64,000 bases of DNA from Fidelibacterota bacterium (GTDB taxonomy: Bacteria; Fidelibacterota; Fidelibacteria; Fidelibacterales; DSDE01), in assembly GCA_046735395.1 (NCBI GenBank), contig JBJKQR010000047.1, positions 50,727 through 114,726 on the forward strand, read 5' to 3'. How positions within the stretch are numbered: the first letter of the stretch is position 1; each line of letters starts with the position of its first letter. Shown here in pieces: positions 46,943-56,425 of this stretch. The position numbers and the translations under genes are program-made. The notes beneath the pieces were generated by a model that did no database searches, was not told where the DNA came from, and saw nothing but the letters and a program-made list of their open reading frames with translations.

Positions 46943-49246
46943 TTGATTCGTAAACGGATTCATATCAGCGGCATCGTCCAGGGTGTGGGTTTCAGGCCCT
47001 TCATTCATCGCCTGGCTGAGGAAATGTCCTGCCGGGGTTTTGTGCGGAATAATTCGTTCGGCGTGGAGATTCAGGCGGAGGGGGACGCCGGGGCTGTGGA
47101 TGCATTTATCCGCAGCATTCCGGAAAAGAAACCGGATGCCGCATTGATTCTCGATATGACCGAGGACCTTCTCGATGTGCAGGGAGACGGGGAATTCCGC
47201 ATACTGCAGAGTGAATCCACGGGCGGGATGGATACGCTCATCTCTCCCGATCTGGCGCTCTGCGAGGACTGCCGCCGTGAGCTGCTGCAGCCCGGTGACC
47301 GGCGCTTTCTCTATCCTTTCATCAATTGTACAAACTGCGGCCCGCGTTATACCATTATCCGGGATATTCCCTATGACCGGCCCGGAACGACCATGGCCGG
47401 ATTTACCATGTGTCCTGACTGTCAGCGCGAATACAGGGATCCCGCTGACCGGCGTTATCATGCCCAGCCCAATGCCTGTCCCGTCTGCGGGCCATCCATC
47501 TGGCTGGAATATGCGGATTCGGAAGACCGGATTCAGGAGAATGTGTTCGGGACTGCGGCCCGTCTGCTGAAGGATGGGAAAATTCTCGCCATCAAGGGCC
47601 TGGGCGGATTTCACCTCGCCGTAAATGCCAGGGATTCGGAAGCCGTTCAGGAGCTGAGGCGGAGAAAGAAGCGCGATGAAAAGGCCTTCGCCATCATGGT
47701 GGATTCGGTTGCTGATGCGGAAAAAATCGTCCGGCTCACGGAGACAGAAAAAAGTTTCTTCCGCTCGAAAGCCGCTCCCATCGTGGTTGCTGATCGCTGT
47801 TCAGACTCACATCCGTCACCGGATATCGCCCCGGGGAACCGGACCCTGGGCGTCATGCTGGCCTACACGCCGCTGCATGTCATCCTGTTCCGGGCATTGA
47901 AAGAAGCGGATCCGGATCCGGTGCTGGTCATGACATCGGCGAATATTTCCGAAGAGCCCATCGTCACGGATAATCAGGAGGCGCGGGCAGCCCTGTCCGC
48001 GATTGCCGATGCCTATCTGTTTCATGACCGGGATATTCTCTTCCGGGCGGATGATTCGGTGCTGCAGGTGCAGGGCGGTGAGCCGCTGTTTTTCCGCCGC
48101 AGCCGGGGACTTGTCCCATTGCCTATCCTGGTTCCCGAGTCTGTGAAGGCCGGCATGAAGGGAGTTCTCGGTGTGGGCGCCGAACTGAAAAATACGATCG
48201 CCCTTCAGAAGGACGGGCTCATCTTTAGCTCTGCCCATATCGGGGATTTGAATAATTTGTCGGCCTACAGGGGATTTCAGGAAACCATTGATCATTTTCA
48301 GTCCCTGCTGGGATGCAGGCCCGAAATCATCGCGCATGATATGCACCCGGCCTATCTGTCCACTCAATGGGCTGCTGCAGCGGAAGGAGTTCAGCGGATT
48401 AAAGTTCAGCATCACCATGCCCATATGGCTGCCTGCATGGCAGAGAATAAACTGGACCGGAAAGTCATCGGGATCATTCTGGATGGAACGGGCTATGGTT
48501 ACGACGGGACCATCTGGGGCGGGGAAATATTTTATGGAGACTATACGACGCTGATTCACGAAAATTCCCTGCGCAGAATGCCCCTGCCCGGCGGAGACGC
48601 TGCGGTATTAGCGCCCTGGCGCGCGGCGCTGGCCTATTGCCTGGAGAGCGGAATCGATTCCGGGCATCGCGTCTTCGAACATGAGGATGCATCCGCGGTG
48701 AAGCAGATGCTGCAAAAAAACCTGAACACAGCCTGGACGAGCAGCTGCGGGCGTCTGTTTGATGCCGTGTCCGTTCTCTGCGGAGGGCCTGATATTATCC
48801 GCTACGAAGGACAGGCCGCGATTGAATTCATGCACCTCGCCGATGCGGAGGAAACAGCTGTCTGGCCTTACGAGTCATCAGGAAAGGGCCGCCTGGATGC
48901 ACGGTTATTTATCCGGCACTGCGTTGAGGATCTGGCCGGGGGCCTGAGTCCGGCCCGCTGTTCGGCACGGTTTCACAATACGCTGTCGGCCCTGCTCCAG
49001 GACGAAGCGCTGCGCATCGCGGAAAAACGATCCTGCCGGGATGTGCTGCTCAGCGGCGGCGTTTTTCAGAATAAATTTCTGTTGAAGCGGCTGACGGAGG
49101 ATTTAAATTATGCCGGGCTGACAGTCCGGACTCATCGTCAGCTGCCGCCCAATGACGGAGGAATTGCGGCCGGCCAGTGTGCGGTGACTGCAGCGCTCCT
49201 GAACCATAACCTGTCTGAAGTGACCTATACGGATGAACGAATTTGA
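46943..49246 (+). CDS. hypF: Carbamoyltransferase HypF
   Basis: GIVQGVGFRPF, CTNCGPRY, CPVCGP, KGLGGFHL, QHHHAH, PPNDGG. Confidence 0.97.
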   Translation: MIRKRIHISGIVQGVGFRPFIHRLAEEMSCRGFVRNNSFGVEIQAEGDAGAVDAFIRSIPEKKPDAALILDMTEDLLDVQGDGEFRILQSESTGGMDTLISPDLALCEDCRRELLQPGDRRFLYPFINCTNCGPRYTIIRDIPYDRPGTTMAGFTMCPDCQREYRDPADRRYHAQPNACPVCGPSIWLEYADSEDRIQENVFGTAARLLKDGKILAIKGLGGFHLAVNARDSEAVQELRRRKKRDEKAFAIMVDSVADAEKIVRLTETEKSFFRSKAAPIVVADRCSDSHPSPDIAPGNRTLGVMLAYTPLHVILFRALKEADPDPVLVMTSANISEEPIVTDNQEARAALSAIADAYLFHDRDILFRADDSVLQVQGGEPLFFRRSRGLVPLPILVPESVKAGMKGVLGVGAELKNTIALQKDGLIFSSAHIGDLNNLSAYRGFQETIDHFQSLLGCRPEIIAHDMHPAYLSTQWAAAAEGVQRIKVQHHHAHMAACMAENKLDRKVIGIILDGTGYGYDGTIWGGEIFYGDYTTLIHENSLRRMPLPGGDAAVLAPWRAALAYCLESGIDSGHRVFEHEDASAVKQMLQKNLNTAWTSSCGRLFDAVSVLCGGPDIIRYEGQAAIEFMHLADAEETAVWPYESSGKGRLDARLFIRHCVEDLAGGLSPARCSARFHNTLSALLQDEALRIAEKRSCRDVLLSGGVFQNKFLLKRLTEDLNYAGLTVRTHRQLPPNDGGIAAGQCAVTAALLNHNLSEVTYTDERI

Positions 49247-49272
49247 GAATTAATTAGTAAAAAGGAAACGAT

Positions 49273-49572
49273 ATGTGTCTGGCTATCCCGGGAAAAATTA
49301 CTGAAATATTTGAAGAGAATGGCTTGAAAATGGGAAAGATCAATTACGCGGGGACGGAAAATACGGCCTGTCTGGCGTATGTGGATGACGCGACCGTCGG
49401 GAAATACGTGCTGGTTCATGCCGGCTTTGCCATATCGGTTCTGGATGAGGAGGAAGCCCGGGAAAGCCTGAGCCTCTGGGGCGAGATGATCGAAAAGGCC
49501 GAGGCGGATGAAAATTACCGCATCGAATGGCAGGGAAAAGCTCCGGAAAACCGTGACGAGGCAGCGAAATGA
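49273..49572 (+). CDS. hypC: Hydrogenase chaperone HypC
   Basis: [16 protein letters not shown]. Confidence 0.96.
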   Translation: MCLAIPGKITEIFEENGLKMGKINYAGTENTACLAYVDDATVGKYVLVHAGFAISVLDEEEARESLSLWGEMIEKAEADENYRIEWQGKAPENRDEAAK

Positions 49573-50660
49573 AATATCTGGATGAATTCCGGGATCCGGA
49601 GCTGGCGAAACGCCTGCTGGAAAAGATTCACGCCATCACGACGAAACACTGGGGCATCATGGAGATCTGCGGCGGCCAGACCCATTCCATTATCCGCAAC
49701 GGGATCGATCAGCTGCTGCCCGATTCGGTGGAAATGATTCACGGGCCGGGATGTCCGGTCTGCGTGACGCCGCTGGAAATTATTGACAAGGCTCTGGAGA
49801 TCGCGCGCCAGCCCAATGTCATCTTCACGTCCTTCGGAGATATGCTGCGTGTACCCGGGTCGAATGTGGATCTGCAGACGCTGCGGTCGCAGGGCGCGGA
49901 TGTGAGAATGGTCTATTCTCCCCTCGAATCCCTGAAGATCGCCCGTGAGAATCCGGACAGGGAAGTGGTCTTTCTGGCCATCGGTTTCGAAACGACAGCT
50001 CCCGGGAATGCCATGGCCATCCTGCAGGCAAAACGGGAGGGGCTGACAAATTATTCCGAACTCATTTCCCAGGTGCGGGTCCCGCCGGCCATGGAAGCCA
50101 TCCTGTCGGCGGAGGATAACCGGGTTCATGGCTTTCTGGCAGCCGGCCATGTCTGTGCCGTCATGGGCTGGGGCGAATACGAGGCCGTGGCGGCAAAATA
50201 CCGAACACCCATTGTCGTGACCGGTTTCGAACCTCTGGACATTCTGGAAGGGCTGTACCGTGTCATTCTGCAGCTGGAGACCGGGCGCCATGAAGTGGAA
50301 AATGCCTACAAGCGCGCCGTGACCCGGGAGGGAAGCGGGGGCGCGAAAAAGGCCCTGGATGACGTGTTCATGCCGGCTGATCAGACCTGGCGCGGCATCG
50401 GCGAAATACCGGAAAGCGGACTGGTGCTGCGGCCGGAATTTTCGGCCTTTGACGCAAATCTGAAATTTTCCGTGGGAAATATCATTACCCGCGAATCTCC
50501 GCTCTGCATTGCCGGCCTCATCCTGCAGGGGAAGAAAAAACCGGCCGAATGTCCCGCCTTCGGGAAGGAATGCAGTCCCCGGACGCCCCTCGGCGCGACC
50601 ATGGTTTCGGATGAGGGAACCTGCGCGGCCTATTTCCGGCACAAACGGCTGACGGTCTGA
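49569..50660 (+). CDS. hypD: Hydrogenase maturation protein HypD
   Basis: [36 protein letters not shown]. Confidence 0.97.
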   Translation: MKYLDEFRDPELAKRLLEKIHAITTKHWGIMEICGGQTHSIIRNGIDQLLPDSVEMIHGPGCPVCVTPLEIIDKALEIARQPNVIFTSFGDMLRVPGSNVDLQTLRSQGADVRMVYSPLESLKIARENPDREVVFLAIGFETTAPGNAMAILQAKREGLTNYSELISQVRVPPAMEAILSAEDNRVHGFLAAGHVCAVMGWGEYEAVAAKYRTPIVVTGFEPLDILEGLYRVILQLETGRHEVENAYKRAVTREGSGGAKKALDDVFMPADQTWRGIGEIPESGLVLRPEFSAFDANLKFSVGNIITRESPLCIAGLILQGKKKPAECPAFGKECSPRTPLGATMVSDEGTCAAYFRHKRLTV

Positions 50661-51781
50661 TGGCCGGTTTTGGTCTCAATCCTAATTATTCAAAAGGTTC
50701 TGAAATGGTAGAAGTGAAGAAAAAGGGGATTTCGGTGGCCGGCGGCTTCAGCTGCCCCCTGCCCATCCTGAATTATGATACGGTGCAGCTTGCCCACGGT
50801 GCAGGCGGACGCCTCATGTCCGAATTGATCGATTCCATCTTTATACCCTGCTTTTCCAATGATATTCTGGAGCGCATGGAGGATCAGGCCCTGCTGGAGA
50901 ATCCGGTCGGCCGACAGATCGTCTTTACCACCGATTCCTTCGTGGTGGATCCCATCCGTTTTCCCGGCGGGGATATCGGGGATCTGGCTGTGAACGGGAC
51001 GGTCAATGATCTGTCCATGAGCGGCGCTGTGCCCCGGTACCTGAGCGCGGCCTTCATCATCGAGGAGGGATTTCCCATCGCGGATCTGCACGCCATTGCC
51101 CTGAGTATGCGCCGGGCTGCCGATAAAGCCGGTGTAAGCATCGTCACCGGGGATACGAAGGTGGTGGGCCGGGGCCACTGCGACAAAGTTTATATCAATA
51201 CCGCCGGTATCGGATATCTGGATCCGGGCCTGCATCTCTCGGTTTCCGGTATTAAGGCCGGTGATAAAATCATCGTATCCGGAACCCTCGCTGACCATGG
51301 CATGGCGGTCATGGTGAAGCGGGAGGGCCTGTCCTTCAATTCGGAAATTGAGAGTGACTCGGCCGCACTGAATGACCTGGTACGGGCCATGCTGGCTGTG
51401 TCCCCGAATATTTCCGCACTGCGGGATCCCACACGCGGAGGCCTGGCGGCTACCCTGAATGAATTTGCGGCCCAATCGGCTGTGGGCATCAAGGTAAATC
51501 ACCTGAGTATTCCCGTCCGTGAGAATGTGAAGGCCGCCTGCGAAGTGCTGGGCATTGATCCCCTGACCGTGGCAAATGAAGGTAAACTTGTGGCGGCGGT
51601 CGCGGCATCGGATGCGGACAGAATTCTCGAAGCGATGCAGGCTCATCCGCTGGGCCGGGATGCGGCTATTATCGGAGAGGTTGTCCGCGATCATCCCGGC
51701 ATCGTAACCCTGAAAACAGCCCTCGGCGTCGAACGGATTCTCGATATGCCCCTCGGTGAGCAGCTCCCCCGTATCTGCTGA
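50660..51781 (+). CDS. hypE: Carbamoyl dehydratase HypE
   Basis: AHGAGG, TTDSFVV, GDTKVV, RDPTRGG, ANEG, C-terminal LPRIC; start may be ATG 50705. Confidence 0.97.
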   Translation: MAGFGLNPNYSKGSEMVEVKKKGISVAGGFSCPLPILNYDTVQLAHGAGGRLMSELIDSIFIPCFSNDILERMEDQALLENPVGRQIVFTTDSFVVDPIRFPGGDIGDLAVNGTVNDLSMSGAVPRYLSAAFIIEEGFPIADLHAIALSMRRAADKAGVSIVTGDTKVVGRGHCDKVYINTAGIGYLDPGLHLSVSGIKAGDKIIVSGTLADHGMAVMVKREGLSFNSEIESDSAALNDLVRAMLAVSPNISALRDPTRGGLAATLNEFAAQSAVGIKVNHLSIPVRENVKAACEVLGIDPLTVANEGKLVAAVAASDADRILEAMQAHPLGRDAAIIGEVVRDHPGIVTLKTALGVERILDMPLGEQLPRIC

Positions 51782-51926
51782 ATCTGAAAAAAATGTTTTC
51801 ATAAATTCCGCATTATTTTCCTTTTGAAAAATCAGATGTCTTTGCCGGGATACTTAATTATGGTCAGGATATCCTGTTTACGGAAATAGATTCAGACCCG
51901 GCCTGTACAAAAAAAAGAATCCAGTT

Positions 51927-52328
51927 TCAGGGAATGCGTCGTTCCGGGTGGCTGGGCAGGGCCAGGGACCAGGATTCGAAAATGCCGCCATCGATAAAGG
52001 CGATTTCCGATATGCGGGTGATCCAGCTTCGCAGAATGCGGGGACGGAGGCTGTGGTGCGGAAAGCGGGCTTCGATGACGAATCCTTTCTGAGGCTCGTT
52101 TCTCATATGAATCTGATGGCCGCCGCAGCGGCGCAGATCCCGGCTGATCAGTAACGCCTCCTCCCGTGAGCTGCAAAGTAAAATTGCCTCGAACATGACT
52201 TCATCATCATAGATGCATTGAATTTCCCGGGCCTCGAAAAATCCGGGCAGCCGGTTGTGCTCGCTTCGTAAAGCATCTCTGAAATGGCAGTAACGGCTTT
52301 CAATGTCCCCAAGCCAGTCCATGTCCAT
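51927..52328 (-). CDS. Hypothetical protein, weak RraB-like resemblance
   Basis: Best ORF filling the gap; ATG 52328; C-terminal EIAFIDGGIFESWS recalls the RraB-type GGxYDGW ending. Confidence 0.4.
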   Translation of the reverse strand: MDMDWLGDIESRYCHFRDALRSEHNRLPGFFEAREIQCIYDDEVMFEAILLCSSREEALLISRDLRRCGGHQIHMRNEPQKGFVIEARFPHHSLRPRILRSWITRISEIAFIDGGIFESWSLALPSHPERRIP

Positions 52329-52459
52329 CTTCCGCTTTTGAATGATTGTCAGACAGTATAAAATCGGGTTCCCGAAAGGGAAAATCAAGAGAAGAATTCT
52401 GAGTTGCTACGCAAATTAATTAGGATAAAAATGGTGCTGTTAAAACTCGTAAAAAGTAT

Positions 52460-52518
52460 TTGACAAACGTTTAACGATCCTTTACTTTTAACCTAAGTTA
52501 ACTATTAAGGATGGTTAA
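52460..52518 (+). promoter_or_regulatory. sigma70 promoter overlapped by TTAAC-N4-GTTAA inverted repeats (candidate operator)
   Basis: TTGACA (52460)-17 nt-TACTTT (52483); TTAACCTAAGTTAA 52488-52501; TTAAGGATGGTTAA 52505-52518. Confidence 0.7.
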
Positions 52519-53094
52519 TTGGACGACAGATCCGGAAGGACATTGTTCGATAAGCTCTATCTGCTTTCTCAGATAATTCAGGACGTCTGTGATGTGGATG
52601 ATATCAAATCGGTTGCGCCGTTTCTGACCAAGGCGCAGTTTCAGATACTGAAGATATTGTCGGCAGCAGGGACGAAGACGGTGAGCGAGATTGCCACGCT
52701 GTTCAACGTGAGCCGGCCCGCCATCAGCAGGACCGTGGACAAGCTGGTCAAGCAGCATCTGGTGCTGAGAACGGAGCAGGAGGCGGACCGCCGTTCCGCC
52801 ATGCTGAGCCTGACGCGGCTTGGCGAGCGGATGATTACCAATTACAATGGAAACCGCAGCCGGAGAATGGAAAAAGTTCAGGAGAATTTCACGCCCGAGG
52901 AAATGCAACAGTTCGAAACCTTCATTGAACGCTATATCGGTACATGTATCGAATATCAGGAAGGCCTCGATCTGGTCTGCATGCAATGCGACGGGCATTT
53001 TTCCGAGGACTGCAGTTTCAGGGATCTGTCGGAAAGCTGTTATTACAAAGTCAGACTGACTGAAAAATCCAGTAGAGAAGAAAAGCTCACTTAA
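52519..53094 (+). CDS. MarR-family regulator with C-terminal Cys cluster
   Basis: LTKAQFQIL, TVSEIA, VSRPAISRTVDKL, DRRS...LTRLG; tail C-x10-C-x2-C-x7-C-x8-C. Confidence 0.88.
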   Translation: MDDRSGRTLFDKLYLLSQIIQDVCDVDDIKSVAPFLTKAQFQILKILSAAGTKTVSEIATLFNVSRPAISRTVDKLVKQHLVLRTEQEADRRSAMLSLTRLGERMITNYNGNRSRRMEKVQENFTPEEMQQFETFIERYIGTCIEYQEGLDLVCMQCDGHFSEDCSFRDLSESCYYKVRLTEKSSREEKLT

Positions 53095-53111
53095 CCAGTT
53101 GGGAGAAATGT

Positions 53112-54272
53112 ATGGAAGAAAAAAATCTGAATGATCTGATATCACCGGATCTTGCCGAGCGGCTGGACCTGTTTGATATCAGCCGGCGAAGCTTCCTGAA
53201 ATTCGCCACTGCCATCACGGCCACTATGGGCCTGCCTTTCGGCATGGTTTCGAAAGTCATTGCAGCCACCAATACCCGCACTCCGGTCATCTGGCTGCAT
53301 TATCAGGAATGCACTGGGTGCACGGAGAGCCTTTTGAGATCAACTCATCCTACTGTGGAGAGCCTGGTTCTGGATACGATCTCACTCGACTATTCAGAGA
53401 CGCTGCTCGTGGGAGCAGGCCATCAAGCCGAGAAATCCATGATGGACAGTGTGAAGGCGAATGACGGCAAATTCATCCTCGTGGTCGAAGGATCGATTCC
53501 GACCAAGGACAACGGAATTTACTGTAAGGTCGCAGGAAAGACGGCTCAGGAAACACTGTCGGAAGTTGCACCGCATGCGCTGGCCTGCGTGGCCATCGGT
53601 TCCTGTGCATCATGGGGAGGCGTTCAGTCATCCTCTGCTCCGGGTTATGACGGAAGCCCCACCGGAGCCAAGGGACTGGCCGAAGTTCTGCATAATGACC
53701 TGAACATCGACAAACCGGTTGTCAATCTTCCCGGTTGTCCTGCGTCCCCCTACAACATTCTTTCCACCGTTCTGTATTTCCTGACGCTGAATAAGCTGCC
53801 GGAACTGGACAGCAAGGGCCGTCCGGTTTTTGCCTATGGCCGGCTCATTCATGATAATTGCGAACGCCGTCCGCATTTCGATGCAGGCCGTTTCGCCGAC
53901 CAGTTCGGCGATGAGAATCACCGCAAGGGATACTGTCTGTATAAGCTGGGCTGCAAGGGCCCGGAAACCCACGCCAACTGCCCCACTCAGCTCTACGGAG
54001 ATGTGGGAGCCCAATCCTGGCCGGTGGGAACCGGACATCCCTGCTTCGGCTGCACGGAAAAGGGCGTAGGCTTCAGCAAACCTCTGCATCAGCAGGCGGA
54101 TGTTCTGTCCGTCACACCTCCGCAGGCTTTCTCGGATGTGGTCGATACGGAGAAGAAAGGCGGGCTGGGAAAAGGTGCCGCCGCGCTTGTGGGCGCTCTG
54201 GCCGGAGCCGCTGTGGCGACCGGTGCCATGATGAGCAAAAAGATCGATGATGCCCCAGTAGAAAAAGAATAA
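53112..54272 (+). CDS. hybO: [NiFe]-hydrogenase small subunit (Hyd-2 type)
   Basis: Tat motif SRRSFLK; QECTGCTES, PGCP, CLYKLGCKGP, HPCFGC; C-terminal TM. Confidence 0.93.
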   Translation: MEEKNLNDLISPDLAERLDLFDISRRSFLKFATAITATMGLPFGMVSKVIAATNTRTPVIWLHYQECTGCTESLLRSTHPTVESLVLDTISLDYSETLLVGAGHQAEKSMMDSVKANDGKFILVVEGSIPTKDNGIYCKVAGKTAQETLSEVAPHALACVAIGSCASWGGVQSSSAPGYDGSPTGAKGLAEVLHNDLNIDKPVVNLPGCPASPYNILSTVLYFLTLNKLPELDSKGRPVFAYGRLIHDNCERRPHFDAGRFADQFGDENHRKGYCLYKLGCKGPETHANCPTQLYGDVGAQSWPVGTGHPCFGCTEKGVGFSKPLHQQADVLSVTPPQAFSDVVDTEKKGGLGKGAAALVGALAGAAVATGAMMSKKIDDAPVEKE

Positions 54273-54285
54273 AGGTGAGGGAATA

Positions 54286-55272
54286 ATGGATATAGGTAGA
54301 AGAGACTTCTTTAAAGTTCTTTCCGCCGGCGCCCTTACTGTTGCTGCCGTTGGATCCGCCGAGGCCCGTCCTGACCGGCCCCTCGAGTCCGACGCCCTGG
54401 GTATTCTCTACGATGCGACGCTCTGTATCGGCTGTAAAGCCTGTGAAGCGGCCTGCAAACGGGAAAATAACATGCCCACAGAACATAATACGCCTGTGGA
54501 AAAAGCGGCCGGAGTCAATGGAACCTGGGACTCCGGTGGTGATCTCGATTCACATACTCTGAATAAAATCAAGGTTTATAAGAATGGAACGGCCCTGAAC
54601 AAGGACCAGGAAATCAACGGGTACTCCTTCATCAAGCGGGCCTGCATGCACTGTGTGGATCCCGCCTGTATTTCGGCGTGCCCGGCCACTGCCCTGACGA
54701 AGACGGCCGGAAACGGCATCGTGAAATGGAATGCGGAGGCCTGCATCGGCTGCCGCTACTGTCAGATCGCCTGTCCCTTCGATATTCCCAAATTCGAATG
54801 GGATACACCCACACCGGGTATCGTCAAATGTCAGCTCTGCGACCACAAGACGGAAAAAGGCGGCCTGCCTGCCTGTACCGAATTCTGTCCCACCGGCGCA
54901 TCCGTCTTCGGGAAAACCAGCGATCTGCTGGCCGAAGCACAGCGCCGTCTGGACTTCGTGCCCGGTCAGAGCTATGCCTATCCTGTAAAATCCCTGACTT
55001 CCGGCGAAGTGCAGCTGCACACAGCCGCCGAATATAAGAAGGAGATTTACGGTGATACGGAAGGTGGCGGAACACAGAATCTGTATCTGGCCGGCGTGCC
55101 CTTCGCAAAACTCGGTTTGCCGGATCTGCCGGACCATTCCACGGCCAAACGGTCGGAAACGCTCCAGCATATGCTGTACAAGGGAATGATTGCTCCCATT
55201 GTGCTGCTGGGCGGACTGGTTACTGCGGCCTGGAGAAGCAATAAATCACTGGACGAAGGAGGTGAGCAATGA
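54286..55272 (+). CDS. hybA: Hydrogenase-2 ferredoxin-type subunit
   Basis: Tat motif GRRDFFK; CIGCKAC, CMHCVDPAC, CIGCRYC, KCQLC; C-terminal TM. Confidence 0.92.
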   Translation: MDIGRRDFFKVLSAGALTVAAVGSAEARPDRPLESDALGILYDATLCIGCKACEAACKRENNMPTEHNTPVEKAAGVNGTWDSGGDLDSHTLNKIKVYKNGTALNKDQEINGYSFIKRACMHCVDPACISACPATALTKTAGNGIVKWNAEACIGCRYCQIACPFDIPKFEWDTPTPGIVKCQLCDHKTEKGGLPACTEFCPTGASVFGKTSDLLAEAQRRLDFVPGQSYAYPVKSLTSGEVQLHTAAEYKKEIYGDTEGGGTQNLYLAGVPFAKLGLPDLPDHSTAKRSETLQHMLYKGMIAPIVLLGGLVTAAWRSNKSLDEGGEQ

Positions 55273-56405
55273 GTGAAGCCAGACCTTTGGGTGGAAAAGT
55301 TCTCACCAAACCCTTCATGATCATGACTGGGATCTTTATCATCGCGCTGATTCTGATTATCAAGCGCTTTCTTATGGGACTCGGGGCCGTCACAAATCTG
55401 AGTGACGGGTATCCCTGGGGACTGTGGATCGTCTATGACGTGGTGACCGGAACGGCCATTGCCTGCGGCGGCTATGCCATGGCGATTCTCATCTACATCT
55501 TCAACCGGGGCAAATATCATCCGCTCATCAAGCCGGCTCTGCTTGCCTCCGTCTTCGGATATTCCCTCGCGGGAGCGTCCATCTTTCTGGATGTGGGCCG
55601 ATACTGGCAGCTGTACAATGTATTTCTGCCCAAATATGCCAATCTCAATTCCATCATGTTTGAGGTGGCAACCTGTATCGCTCTGTACATTCTGGTGCTG
55701 TGGATCGAATTCTCACCCACTCTGCTGAAAGGAATGAATAAGGATAAACTGGCCGGAAAGGTTTCCAAGGTCATGTTTCTCTTTATCGGCCTGGGAGTCC
55801 TGCTGCCCACCATGCATCAGAGCTCGCTGGGAACGCTGCTCGTGGTTGCGGGATACAAGGTGAATCCCCTGTGGCAGACCCTGTTTCTGCCCCTCCTTTT
55901 CCTGATTTCCGCCATCACAATGGGCTACGGTATGGTGGTGTTTGAATCCATCTACTCCTCGGTGCATCTGAAGCGCCCGCTGGAAATTCCGCTGCTGTCC
56001 CGCCTGTCGGGGGTTATTCCATGGCTTCTGCTCATCTACTTCGTCGTGCGCTTTGCCGACCTGATGATGAAGGGGCTGCTGGGATCCATATTCAGCCAGG
56101 GCTTTGTGAGCGTCATGTTCCTCATTGAAATTCTACTCTTCCTCATTCCCATGATCCTTCTCTTTTCAAAGGCGAAACGTGAAAACCCCAAAATGCTGTT
56201 CTATTCAGCGGTTTTCGTCGTTCTGGCCGGTTCGCTCTACCGCTTCAATGCCTTTCTGGTTGCATTCAATCCCGGGGAAGGATGGCATTATTTCCCCTCG
56301 GTGTCTGAATTGACCATCACACTGGGACTCGTGTCCTTCGAAATCATGGCTTATCTATTCCTGGTGAAAAAAGCACCGGTTTTGACAGCCGCTCATCAAT
56401 CATAG
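55269..56405 (+). CDS. hybB: Hydrogenase-2 NrfD-type membrane subunit
   Basis: TNLSDGYPWGLW, DVGRYW, PTMHQSSLG; polytopic. Confidence 0.93.
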   Translation: MSEARPLGGKVLTKPFMIMTGIFIIALILIIKRFLMGLGAVTNLSDGYPWGLWIVYDVVTGTAIACGGYAMAILIYIFNRGKYHPLIKPALLASVFGYSLAGASIFLDVGRYWQLYNVFLPKYANLNSIMFEVATCIALYILVLWIEFSPTLLKGMNKDKLAGKVSKVMFLFIGLGVLLPTMHQSSLGTLLVVAGYKVNPLWQTLFLPLLFLISAITMGYGMVVFESIYSSVHLKRPLEIPLLSRLSGVIPWLLLIYFVVRFADLMMKGLLGSIFSQGFVSVMFLIEILLFLIPMILLFSKAKRENPKMLFYSAVFVVLAGSLYRFNAFLVAFNPGEGWHYFPSVSELTITLGLVSFEIMAYLFLVKKAPVLTAAHQS

Positions 56406-56425
56406 TTAACTGGAGGTAATGTAAT

